Assembly (NCBI RefSeq): GCF_964204645.1
Contig: NC_134027.1
Span: forward strand, 20,360,560-20,424,559
Reading direction: 5' to 3'
Length of the DNA: 64,000 nucleotides
From: Tubulanus polymorphus
Taxonomy: Eukaryota; Animalia; Nemertea
The notes under the pieces were generated by a model. The model worked only from the letters and a program-made list of their open reading frames with translations. It had not been told where the DNA came from and ran no database searches. This document shows positions 38,628 through 50,069 of the stretch, one piece after another. Every line of letters begins with the position of its first letter. Position 1 is the stretch's first letter. The position numbers and the translations under genes were made by a program.

Positions 38628-39940
38628 GATTTAACAACACTAAATGTCACTGATAATTGTTATACATATTTCATCTATATTTCGTATTTCTTTATTGTTT
38701 TATGTCTCCATCTTATTACTCATTGTCCTCTGAGACTGTTTGTCTGTGTCAGAATGTGTTAATTGTTGTTTGTCTCACTGTCATGTCATTACTCGTCACC
38801 TTTGTTTTTGTATCATTTTCCATGTCTCAGAATTGGACTATTAATGCCGAAGAAGGATGTATCAAAGTTTCACTGACATGGACTGTCCAGTCATCGAAGC
38901 CTTCGAAAGCGGTGAAATCGAAGTCTACTCTGAATCGGGACCGTAGACGTATGCAGGAATTCCTGAACCGAAGGATGCTGAAAACAGAAGTTCCGAAGTC
39001 AACGAAATCAGATAAAGCTACCATGGACACAGCGGTCATGACTGTCAACACGACTCATGAAATAGGATCTCAGACAGTTCGTCATAACTACCGCTGAAAT
39101 AAAGAAATTGGAAGAAATCTCGCAGAAACTTTCAGGTGAACTTGTCGATTTGAAGGTCAATTTAGAATCAAAAGAAAGAACTATTATTGGACAACAAAAA
39201 GAAATCTTTGGACTACAATCAAAATTGGATAAATCAAAAATGCGAAATTATCCTTGTCATTGCGCTAAAGATCCGAAAAACTCTCAAGCATGCGAAGATA
39301 CATTAACTGATATCGGTGCTCTTTACGAAGCAGACCAACCGAAAATCATGGCTGCAAAGCGATCAGGAATATTATATGAGGTCCGGGTGCAAGATCCAAT
39401 CTCGAGAAAATACGCTGATTTCTTTGTGCACTGGGGACAATCATTATCATCAGTTTTCTATGGCATTTTGAACAGATACGATTTGGATATAAAATCATTC
39501 ACCTATCGCGAACCAAATTCCAAAAATAAATGCTTGGACATTGATCGAAATACTTCATTGTGCTCGTTACATGAATCAGGAATCATCAAACACTTATGGG
39601 ATAAAAAGGGTAGAAATATAGTTTGGTTAGGAATGAGATTTTGATTAGCTTGTGAATGATCAATACTTTTAATTTGTATAAAAATATTGTTCTCAAATTG
39701 ATAATTCTTCATTAAGTTCATTTCATTTAATTTTCGGGGACGAAAACTTTCAGAACGTAGTGGGGGAGGATTTAACAACACTAAATGCCACTGATAATTG
39801 TTATACATATTTCATCTATATTTCGTATTTCTTTATTGTTTTATGTCTCCATCTTATTACTCATTGTCCTCTGAGACTGTTTGTCTGTGTCAGAATGTGT
39901 TAATTGTTGTTTGTCTCACTGTCTCACTCTCATTGTCTCA
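38628..39940 (+). mobile_element. Small LTR-like element: ~155-bp direct repeats around an unknown ORF
   Basis: 38628-38782 is almost identical to 39769-39923. The Gypsy-like signature ttttcggggacgaaaa...gggggagga (PPT) immediately precedes the second repeat. Confidence 0.7.
38822..39644 (+). CDS. Hypothetical ~270-aa protein (one frameshift near 39066-39097): basic N-terminal motif, coiled coil, possible ubiquitin/SUMO-like C-terminal domain
   Basis: MSQNWTINAEEGCIKVSLTW...KSKSTLNRDRRR, heptad-like LEEISQKLSGELVDLKVNLESKE, and YEVRVQD..FFVHWGQSLSSVF...RYDLDIKSFTY. The two frames overlap without stops at 39066-39094. Confidence 0.5.
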
Positions 39941-40228
39941 AGTACCGTACGTATCAAAACAAAATGAAGTAAATAAAAAGATCGTTAGATCTGGGAATGC
40001 AGTTTTTTGTACTTTTTGTGTATACGTGAGCACAATGAAATTTATGCACATATGTGCACGGTTTACAACGCCGAGTTGACAAATATGTTTATGGTAGAAT
40101 TACTACTAATCCAGTGATTTGGCATTAGCCCAGATTCTACATAAACAATGCAAAAATATACGGTATGATTGTTACCTAACATCATACACAGTTATGATAG
40201 ATTGGCTGTTAAGTTGTGCGTACGAGCA

Positions 40229-43145
40229 ATGGATGACGCGATTGAGAGGACTTACAAACAGTTGTTGAAGGGTAGCAAAAAGTGGCATATTCTCACTTAC
40301 CTCTGTTGGGTTATACCTGCGAACTTCGTGTACGCGCTTTTTTCCATGTCAGTAGTTTTTACAGGTATGTTTAGTTTATAAAAAACAAATCCATGATTTC
40401 ATGGAAACCAAATCATCAGCTCAATTCGCGCTTTCGAATTTTTTGCGTTTTTTCGAAGTCAAATTGTTGCACCATAATTGTTTGCAGCTGGTGTACCGGA
40501 GCACCACTGTACAGTCCCTGACAATACATCGATACCGAGAAAAAAGAATGGGGATCCAGAATCCTGTCTCATTTACAGTAATCTAACCTCCCATAATAAA
40601 ACAGAGCAATGTTTCAATTGGACCTATCCTGATATAGATTTTGGAACTACAATCGTGTCCGAGGTTAGATGTTCTTTTTATTTTCGATAGCTCTCATCTG
40701 TTGTCAGATCAATGATGTTTTAATTAATCCAAATATCGTTGAATATTGTCTTTATCACAGTGGAATTTAGTTTGTGAACAGAACTACCTCGGTGAACTAT
40801 CACAGTCATTCTATATAATGGGTGCGATAGCTGCTACGTTATTGATAGCGCCGCTTGCTGATATCTATGGAAGGAAACTTTTATTTTTGGTTATCAATGG
40901 TTCACTGGTTTTCACTGGCATTGGTGCTGCTTATGCCGTGAACTACGCCATGTTTGCAGCATTCAGAGTTCTAAATGGCATGGCTGGCGAAGTAAGCTAT
41001 TAACCACCTTGTTTTAGATAGAACCCATTATCCTTACACGTTGGCCTCTACCTCTATAGTGTTTGTTCATGGATGAATTATCATAGTGAAGGCTTCACTT
41101 TGCTGTATCACCAATATATAACGATGAAAAAAGTGGTAGACCTGGAAGATACTTTGCACCTCTAACCAAATTATTTACTGTCTAACTCAGCTGACTGTCA
41201 ATAAGCAGACATACTTTAATGATCCACTAAGCGGATTATATTTTTCATTTAAGCGGTAAAATGATGAACATTAGTTTGATTTCAGGCTTGTTTGATGATA
41301 GCTATTGTCGCATCTGTTGAACTGTTTCCAAAAAATCTACGAACGTTTGCCGGTCAGATATTGTTTGTATGGTGGAGCATTGGAATGATGTTACTTGATT
41401 TGATGGCGTATTTTATCAGGAATTGGCGTCACTTACAGCTAGCAGTGGCTATCATGCCAGTCATAACAATTATTGATATTTGGTTAGTTATATAATATGT
41501 TATATATTATATTCTTTGTGTAATCTACACTTTGGTCAGTGTGTGTCCCTGTCGTTAAAGGTTGATACCCGAATCTGTGCCATGGCTGTTGTCAAAAGGA
41601 AAGGTAGAACAAGCTGAAGAAATCGTTAAAAAGGCAGCTGCCTTTAATGGAACGACACTTCCACAACATCCATTCGAAGTACAGACTGAGGCAAAAGAAG
41701 AAAAAGAACTCGGTCGAATGACACTATTTCGCGAACCAATTCTTAGACGAATTACGTTTATACTGTTTGCTTTATGGTATGTTTGATCGAATATGCCACA
41801 AGATTGTACTCTCAGGTTAAAATCATTTCCCTCAAATACCAGGTTTCCAATTTAAAATTTTAAGTTAACATTATCAATTTAAACCTTCCTCTATTGGGCA
41901 GGTTTGTCAACAATCTAGTTTACTATGGTTTATCACTATCAGCAGCTGAATTAGCCGGTGACCGATTCTTGAACTTCTTCCTCATGGCTCTAGTCGAAAT
42001 ACCCGCTACTATTTGTTGTATGTTTGTTTTAGAAAGGTAAAGATGTAAATGAATTTCACAAATATTACAATTTTGGGCTATGAATATCAATTATACGTAC
42101 CGTTATATTGTCAAACATGGTACATGTAAATCTATAGTTATTTCTATCTAAACGCATTTTTCTACGTTTTCTATTTCAGTCGAGCTGGGCGACGAATAGC
42201 GTTATCTAGTTTTCATATTTTAGCCGGTATTTCACTAATTCTACTCGTATGTGTACCACCTGTCACAGGTTGGTATATATAACATATATATGATATGGTA
42301 AATATTTGATATCTATAAAAACGCTTTACTGTTTCAATTCCATATATTCTCTCGTTTCAGCGAGTGGAAAAAATCTGATGTCCTTATCCGTATTTCTGAC
42401 TTTAGTTGGTAAATTTAGTATCGCAGCCTCATATAATGTAGTCATCCAATATAGTTTAGAATTGTATCCTACATCAATTAGGTAATATTTGAAACTGTCA
42501 CATACGTAGCCCTGTTATAGTCTTTCGTAAAACCGTAAATCAAGACGTCAAAATTGGAAATAACTCGTTTGGCCAAGCCGATCTATCCAGTACGCAATAT
42601 GAATAGCAAATCTTAACTTTCGTTGCATATCAAATTCAATTAACCCATAAAGTAGAAATACAATACAAGCTACCCTAAATAATCTAAAGGGGAACATGTT
42701 CTTCATGCAGGATTTACATTCCATCTAATGTTTTTCAATTCAAGGAATACCGGGTCTGGAACATCATCGTTTACGGCCCCGGTCGCTGGCACTTTAGCAC
42801 CATTTACTGCTTATCTAGTAGGTTCATTGCTACAAGAAGCCTATTATTTAAATAACCTAAGTTGATATTTTATTATAAGATTATTTCATTATTAAATTGA
42901 TATTTCAGGCGCGTTTGGTGCCGTGGGCTCCCGGAGTTATTTTCGGTGTTATGTCCCTGTTCGTCGGAATTCTGGCTTTGCTGTTACCGGAAACGAGAGG
43001 ATGGCCATTACCGCATAGTTTGGAGGATATGAAACAGTGGCACCTACCGAGTATAACGTGTGGTTTATTGAACAGAAGAAAAAAGAATAAATCAGTACGT
43101 GTTAACAGCAATGAAGAAAAGGAGCAAGCGACTACTTTACTTTGA
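40229..43145 (+). CDS. SLC22-family organic cation transporter-like protein (MFS), 10 exons
   Basis: Exons 40229-40364, 40488-40663, 40761-40991, 41286-41482, 41561-41776, 41902-42036, 42180-42268, 42361-42481, 42745-42817 and 42909-43145, all GT-AG and in frame. Motifs PEHHC, TIVSEWNLVC, DIYGRK, ELFP, PESVPWL, YYGL, ELYPTSIR and LPETRG. Confidence 0.92.
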
Positions 43146-43402
43146 ACTGAGTCTAGTATATTTCATCTTTGGGTGTATACTGTATATGCATACTTTTTGT
43201 CTGATGACTATCAATAAAATTTTGTCCGACAGTCGCACGGTGGTCGGTTTCCATACTCTGGACCTAGTGTTTTGTGTTCCCCTCGTATTTGGCAAATGGA
43301 ATATATTCTAAACAAGTGCCAGGATTATTTCTATATTTCCGTTTGAGGAAGTACACGAGTCAAATCAAGAAATTATCTGATAGTACATTATTTTTTTTAC
43401 AT

Positions 43403-43650
43403 TGTTACCCACAAACAAAATTTGTATCATTTATATCAATAGAAATAAATCGTGTAGCAGTCTTCATATCGCTGTACCGCACACACTGGGAACTTCCTTA
43501 AACAGTACGTTTTCTCGCTCTATGGCTGTTCTCTCTACGTCTCGCCTCCCGGTGTCTCTCTAGATTTCTGGCCCCTCCTTATATAGCTGCTCGCGAAACT
43601 ACCACGAAACACGAGCATTAACTACGCCCAAATTACCTATTATGGTAACA
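43403..43650 (-). mobile_element. Short solo-LTR-like element
   Basis: Inverted termini TGTTACC...GGTAACA and a TATA box (tatataagg) on the minus strand. No TSD. Confidence 0.45.
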
Positions 43651-44148
43651 GCAACCATATTTGATTTCCCCTTTTTCCAAGAATGATTTTTTACCCCAAA
43701 ACTGAAGGGTTTATCAAGGTCGAAATAGTTCGGTTCAACCAAAATTTAGTGATGATACCAGGATCTAAATGTTCTCTATAGCTTACATAGGATACATGTA
43801 AGTACACTTACATATCAGGATTGTGCCAGCCTCGTCTTTTGAAGGTTAGATTTTCATGGAAATTGAACTTTTTCTTGAAATTGGAACTTTTTGTAAGGTG
43901 CCCATGTTAATGTCGGGCCCTGGGAGTATTCGCGCCGATATCTCTGAAATATGGGTCCGGACTTGACCAGGAAGCGAACAAAAACACCAGGAAAAATAAT
44001 GGGTGAATACTTGGCACCATCTTAAAACCTGAATCAAACCACTTTGAAATATCGATGTACAAGTAGTGACCGACAATTTTCAGTACAATTTTTCCTCATA
44101 ATGGCAAATAGAAGTTTAGTTATAGTCAATGAAAAGTTTTCGGTAATT

Positions 44149-44275
44149 GGGTACCCTCACACTGTGCAGTCTCTGACAATTCATCGCCATCGAGAAAAAA
44201 AGAACGGGGTAGTCAGAGTCCTATCCCATTAGCAGTAATCTAACATCCGATAATAAAACAGAGAAATGTTCAGTT
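44149..44275 (+). pseudogene. Degenerate duplicate of SLC22 exon 2
   Basis: Aligns by eye with 40490-40618 (cactgt.cagtc.ctgacaat.catcg...cagtaatctaac.tcc.ataataaaacagag.aatgtt), with indels. Confidence 0.75.
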
Positions 44276-44730
44276 CCGATGATGATAGGTTTCTCCGTCA
44301 AGGGGTGCAGTGAGTTGATACTTCACATCAGGTGCGTTTGCCTAAAAGTAAACGTTGTACAGGCGAGCGGTTTTGTGTTTCTAATGTACAGTGTGTTTGT
44401 CCACATTGATAGACCGTCGGTAAGAATGCAACACGGGCACGTAAAATTCAAATGTTTGTACCGTAACAGTCTTGGTCAGTTAGATTTATAGTTATGGTAA
44501 AAGACGCACACCGCTGCATAAACTGTAACTACAATTACCGTCATATAAAGAATAGATGTATATGAGAAGGACAATCCTTTCTGGTCTATGGTTTATTGAA
44601 GACCGAGAATTGTGACGTCATAAAACTATTTGCTTGTGTTTAAAAAGATAATGGAGACTAAGGTACAAATTTCAATCAACTGATTTTCATGGCTAAAGAT
44701 GACACCTTTAGATAATGAAGCGTGGGGAAT

Positions 44731-45311
44731 TGTATGACCAGTACAAGCTATTTTTCACCGGGATTAAGTACATAGTATTGGAGTGATAAATTAGTTAACA
44801 AGTAGTTTGCATAACGGGGAGGGAAGCAAGAGTTCAGGGCAGTGGCTGTAGTTAGTAAACAACCTACGTAGATACTTACGTCGCACATAAGACACTGAAT
44901 AGAAGATAGGTGAAAGTGACGTGAGTGTCTGCGTAGGGATGCTGGTTATAGCGGGAGCCTTGAACTCTGGTATGTTTAAGTAGTAAACAAGTAATAAACT
45001 CGTGACGTATAACATATGTAGAAGTATACGTCGCGAGTAACATGGAATAGTATAAAAAGGGAGGGTCAGCACAGTAAGGGGGTTGAGAGATTCGAGAATG
45101 GTGGAGAAGCCTAAGATACGAGCTGTAGGGTAGGAAGGAATAAGAATTGTATTGGCAGAATAAAGAAAGAAACTTAGATCCACGAGGAGTGTTATTATTA
45201 TTCTGGAGTCAGAGGAATATCACGAATCTGATTAACCCTAATACTCGGAGGAATTAACAACAACAACACTAGTAGAGAACGCAAACCAACAGAACAACAT
45301 TGGTGGAGAAT
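44731..45311 (+). mobile_element. LTR (44731-45299) followed by a tRNA-Ala-like primer-binding site
   Basis: TGT...ACA ends and tataaaaagg at ~45051. TGGTGGAGAAT at 45301 is complementary to a tRNA-Ala 3' end. Confidence 0.5.
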
Positions 45312-45920
45312 ACAGAACCACAATACATAGCTCGTGATACAAACATGTGTTCAGAATGTGCGCGCTTGGTTGCCGAATCGGTGGTCCCCCAAATAATAAC
45401 TGTCTTGCTTAAAATATTTCAATCGATTTAGAACATTCGCACATCAATGTAGGGACAGGGGTATTCTAAAACACCATTCATTTGATCACAATTAATCTAC
45501 GCTGTTCGTTATAGTATCAACCTAACAATTTGAGCATTTTCAAGCTTTCATCTGTTTCGGGAAAATGGCAAAATTAGTCGTCACTTTCAACAAAGTGAAT
45601 TCATGGGTAGAATCGAAGGGAGATGTCCTACATTCGTAATAGATTTTAGGATAAACTTAAACTTTCATTTTTTCACCGATTTGGAATTCATTCCATTAAT
45701 TGTCGATAGCGTCGCAATGTTTCCATTCCGTGTATTGTTAAGTACGTTTTCAAACGGTTAATTCACTTCAATTCGATCAATGCTAACTTTGTCATATCTA
45801 AAAGAAAATGGCGGCGACCGTGACGGTTCCGCATAAAATCTCGCTTAGGTACAAGTCCAGTATAGCGTGGAATAGTTCCCCGCTCAAAGATACATTTATA
45901 GAAAAGGGGTTATTCGGCTG

Positions 45921-46798
45921 CGACCGATTCTACTCGTCGACAATGTCTACAACCCCGATTGTCGACCGATTCTACTCGTCGACAATGTCTACAACCCCGA
46001 TTGTCGACTGATTCTACTCGTCAACAATGTCTACAACCCCGATTGTCGACCGATTCTACTCGTCGACAATGTCTACAACCCTGATTGTCGACCGATTCTA
46101 CTCGTCGACAATGTCTACAACCCCGATTGTCGACCGATTCTACTCGTCGACAATGTCTACAATCCTGATTGTGAAAAGCAACTGACGGAAGCACGCAGCT
46201 CCTCGATCCCAGCCACTCTATATAAGGGTAATCCACGCACACACGCAGCCCCTCGATCCCGGCCACTCATTATAAGGGTAATCCACGCACACACGCAGCC
46301 CCTCGATAGCAGCCACTCTATATAAGGATAATCCGAGCACACACCACCCCTCGCTCCCAGCCACTTTATATAAGGGTGATCCACGCACACACGCAGCCCT
46401 TCGATCCCGGCCACTCATTATAAAGGGTCATCCACGCACGCACGCAGCCCCTCGATAGCAGCCACTCTATATAAGGGTAATCCACGCACACACCACCCCT
46501 CGATCCCAGCCACTTTATATAAGGGTGATCCACGCACACACGCGGCCCCTTGATCCCAGCCACTCTATATGAGGGTGATCCACGCACACATGCAGCCCCT
46601 CGATCCCAGCCACTCTATATAAGATTGTATAAACATGATTGTAGACATTGTCGACGAGTAAAATCGGTCGACAATCGGGGTTGTAGACATTGTCGACGAG
46701 TAAAATCGGTCGGCAATCGGGGTTGTAGACATTGTCGACGAGTAGAATCGGACGACAATCGGGGTTGTAGACATTGTCGACGAGTAGAATCGGCCGAC
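45921..46798. repeat. Composite minisatellite: inverted 42-bp arrays enclosing a ~60-bp array
   Basis: About 6 copies of cgaccgattctactcgtcgacaatgtctacaaccccgattgt (45921-46172), about 7 copies of cgcagcccctcgatcccagccactctatataagggtaatccacgcacaca (46192-46622), then the 42-mer reverse-complemented about 4 times (46637-46798). Confidence 0.9.
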
Positions 46799-47154
46799 AT
46801 TTAGGATTGATAGATCTCTACTTTACCTGTTCTGGAGTTGAGCCGCACGTCCTATGGCGTAATGTCGTAAGATTCAATCAGTCCAATACTGGCGGATTAA
46901 TTCCAAAAACCAGTCCAATGTGATAAGTCTCTGTTGGAACTATTTAATGCTATAATGGACTTGAGCCGCTGACTCTAGAATCGTGCTGAGAATCGTTGTT
47001 GGTAGATTCTGTTTTTCGGAAGTTGCAGGACTATGATGATAGTGAGCTTCAGGTCGTACTTTAAGTGCTAAACGCATATGCCTATATGTTAATGTGTTGT
47101 AATAACTGTTATTTTCAAGTGGACTACATTCTAGCCCAAAATCTAAATCGAGTA

Positions 47155-50066
47155 ATGGTAAAACCAAATCGGGAAATGGTAAAACGAGAACAAAAACCAG
47201 AATAGGGATGGCGGTGACAGAAAATATCGCTCGGAAGGTTCAAACAGTTCCGAAATTTCCCCTCCGCAAAAAAGGCAGCAGTCACCAGAACCTATTCTGA
47301 CCCCGACTCTGAAGACGACGATACCGATATCACTCTTAAAGGAGGTGCGTAATTTGAAATCTAGCCTGGAGAGAAAAATCGACTCAAAGTTTAGCCAATT
47401 GAAAAACGAAATTGAGCAATTTCGGTGTGATAAAGTAAACACTATCTACTTTAAAATTGATGAAGCGAAAGACGTATTGCGAAATGAATTTAATGTAAAG
47501 ATCAGTGAATTAGAAACTTCAGCTGGGACTAAGCTACAACCAGGCAGTGACAGTTAAGGCCCTCGAAAATAGACTGATAGATCAAGAAGCGCGTTCACGA
47601 AGGGTATTCACGAAGGTTTCACGCGTATTTTTGGTGTCAAAGAAATGCCCAACGAAGATACAAAAGAAGTTTTGAAGCAGCTGTTAAGGAATAACTATAG
47701 AATCCCATCCGAGAAAGTGGATAAAATCGTATTCCAAAGGGTTCACCGCAACCCAACTAGGAAGGCACCGCGATCAATACCAGTGAAATTTCGGGATTAT
47801 CAAGACAGGTTGCTTTTATTTCAGTCCCGCTTCGATCGTCAGAACACTTCGACCAGAATCGTTGAAGATTATCCTGTAGAAATCCGTGACAAGAGGTGCC
47901 TGTTATTCAAGAAGCTATACGATGCGAAACAACAAAATCCACAAATACGCGCTTTTGTTAACTTTGATAAGTTGATAATTGAATCCGACGTGCAGCGTCG
48001 TGTTAAACGCACTGTAAGAAGTTACACGAAATATCCGGATGTTGCAGCTCGTGTTGAATGAATGAACTCCGAATTTGGATAGCATAGAGAGCACTCAAGT
48101 TACCGTCAGAAACTCACGACCCAAGTCGGTAGATGAAATTCTCAGTGGTGAGAGTGTGCCGCTAACGCTGGATAAACCGTTGAATCCAGACCAGTCTGCA
48201 AGGCTAATCCTTGACATGGACGCATAGGACATACAGGTAGAGCAGAACCAGGTGCAGTTCACGGAAAGATCAGCAACAGTTTTGACTCTAAATGTTTGTG
48301 GGTTAAAATCTAAAATTTCTAAACGTATTTGAGATAATTATTCTAGTAGAAACAGAACTTGATGATACCGATGAACCGTTAGTCACATACTTTTTTGTTG
48401 AAAAAAGTTTCAAAATTTTCTCAAACAATAGGCAAAGTATTTCAATAAGAAGATCTGGTGGTATTGTCGTTGCAGTCAATAACACTATTGCTAAGTATGT
48501 AATACGCTCTTTTTACCATAGTAAACTTATTCAATGGGTCGAATTTGATGAGCGTATATTCAATTCTGATCAAAATATCGTTCTCGGTGGGGTCTATTTA
48601 CCACCAGAATCAAGCGACTTTGGAGGAGTCCGCCTATTTGATGAATTGCTTAATGAGATCATGGTAGTTGCAAGAGATTCGATGTATGTTTGTCTCCGTG
48701 GAGATTTTAATTCTTACACGAGAGAAAGCCCTGACTACTTTGTGGGTGATCACCTATAATCGACAGTGATAAGTCAAGTGTAAATTATGTTTTTCAAAAA
48801 TCTTTTATGGCGTCTCCCTTTTATATAATTGCATCCCCTCAACTATTCCAATGTATTGAAGGATTTGACATTTCAGAATCAGTGCCACTCTTTTACGATG
48901 TACATTCAGCTGTGATTTGTAACATTAAGGTGCAAGGGACGTTAGTAACAGCAGAAGATAATATTTCTCGCCAGCGTGCAAAGGCATGTAGGAGTAGAAT
49001 TAAATGGCAAAACCAAAAGACTGATCTTTTTCGTGAGGAGTAATTGAAACGTGAGACTAGGTTGGAACAACTGCATACAGATTTAAATGAAAAAGATATC
49101 GATATAAATGGAGCAAACTCTGCTTTTTGTGAGATATTAATTGACTCAGCAGAAGCGTCGATGGGCGCTACTAAAACTACATCTGATACATTTGATACCG
49201 ATTATCTCAATAATGTAAAGGATTTCACTGGATTGACTGGTGATGAATTCCTAAAAAGTCATTTTATGCAACATGAAGTTTTAAACGCAATTAAAGGATT
49301 AAGAAATAATAAAGCTGCTGGGGTCGCCCGAATAACAAATGAGATTCTAAGAATTTCACAAGAGTTTTACCCTGCCCTCTCTAGTAGAATTATTTAATGC
49401 AGTTCTGGATACTGGTATCATACCTGATAGCTGGTCCATAGGGAACGTAATACCAATTTATAAAGGCAAGGGGGATCGAAATGATCCAGACAACTATCGA
49501 GGGATTACCCTCCTTAGTTGTCTAGGTAAACTTTTTACTAGTATGCTTAATCTTCGCTTATCTCAATTTATAGAAGCTAATCGCTAAACCAAGCTGGTTT
49601 TCAGAAAGGGCCATGGCATAATGGCTCATATTTTTACACTTAAGGGTTTAGTTTATATTTTCTTCGCAAACGGTAAGAAATTGTACTGTATGTTTATAGA
49701 CTTTTGTTAAGCCTTCGATACCATATGGCGTATGGCCATGTGGCATAAACTCATTGATTTGGGTATTACAGGTTACTGATAGTTATTCACAGTATCTATT
49801 AAAATACCAAGTCCTCATTGCTTGTCAAAGGAGCGGTATCAGATTATTTTGATTCATTTGAAGGTTTACGGCAGGGAGAAAATCTCTCGCCTATACTTTT
49901 CTCAATTTTTGGGAACGATATGGAAAATTATCTCATTAATAAGGGCTGCAAAGGTATTGCTTTTCTTAGTGACCAGGGTACACTGTGGTTCAAATTACTA
50001 ATTCTTTTATATGCAGATGACCCTGTGCTGCTAGCTGATATTGCAAATGAATTACATGATCGATGA
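47155..50066 (+). mobile_element. Degenerate LINE (RTE-X-like): ORF1, APE endonuclease and RT, truncated after YADD
   Basis: ORF1 coiled coil plus RVHR...PRSIPVKF...EDYP. Endonuclease motifs LNVCG, ETEL, SGGIV and GDFN. RT motifs NYRGITLLS, GLRQGENLSP and YADD. Many stops. Confidence 0.85.
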
Positions 50067-50069
50067 CAT

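Noticed and set aside
39735-39755. Hammerhead core suggested by GGACGAAA
   Set aside because: There is no upstream CUGANGA. It is better read as the Gypsy-type pre-PPT hairpin.
44791-45183. 130-aa hydrophobic minus-strand ORF
   Set aside because: It lies within an LTR-like, purine-skewed segment and shows no family motifs.
45921-46798. CRISPR-like array
   Set aside because: The units are contiguous tandem repeats with no unique spacers, no cas genes are present, and the context is eukaryotic.
46021-46804. Cys-rich repeat proteins (CRHCRRVES)
   Set aside because: Translations of the minisatellite in several frames, with no gene structure.
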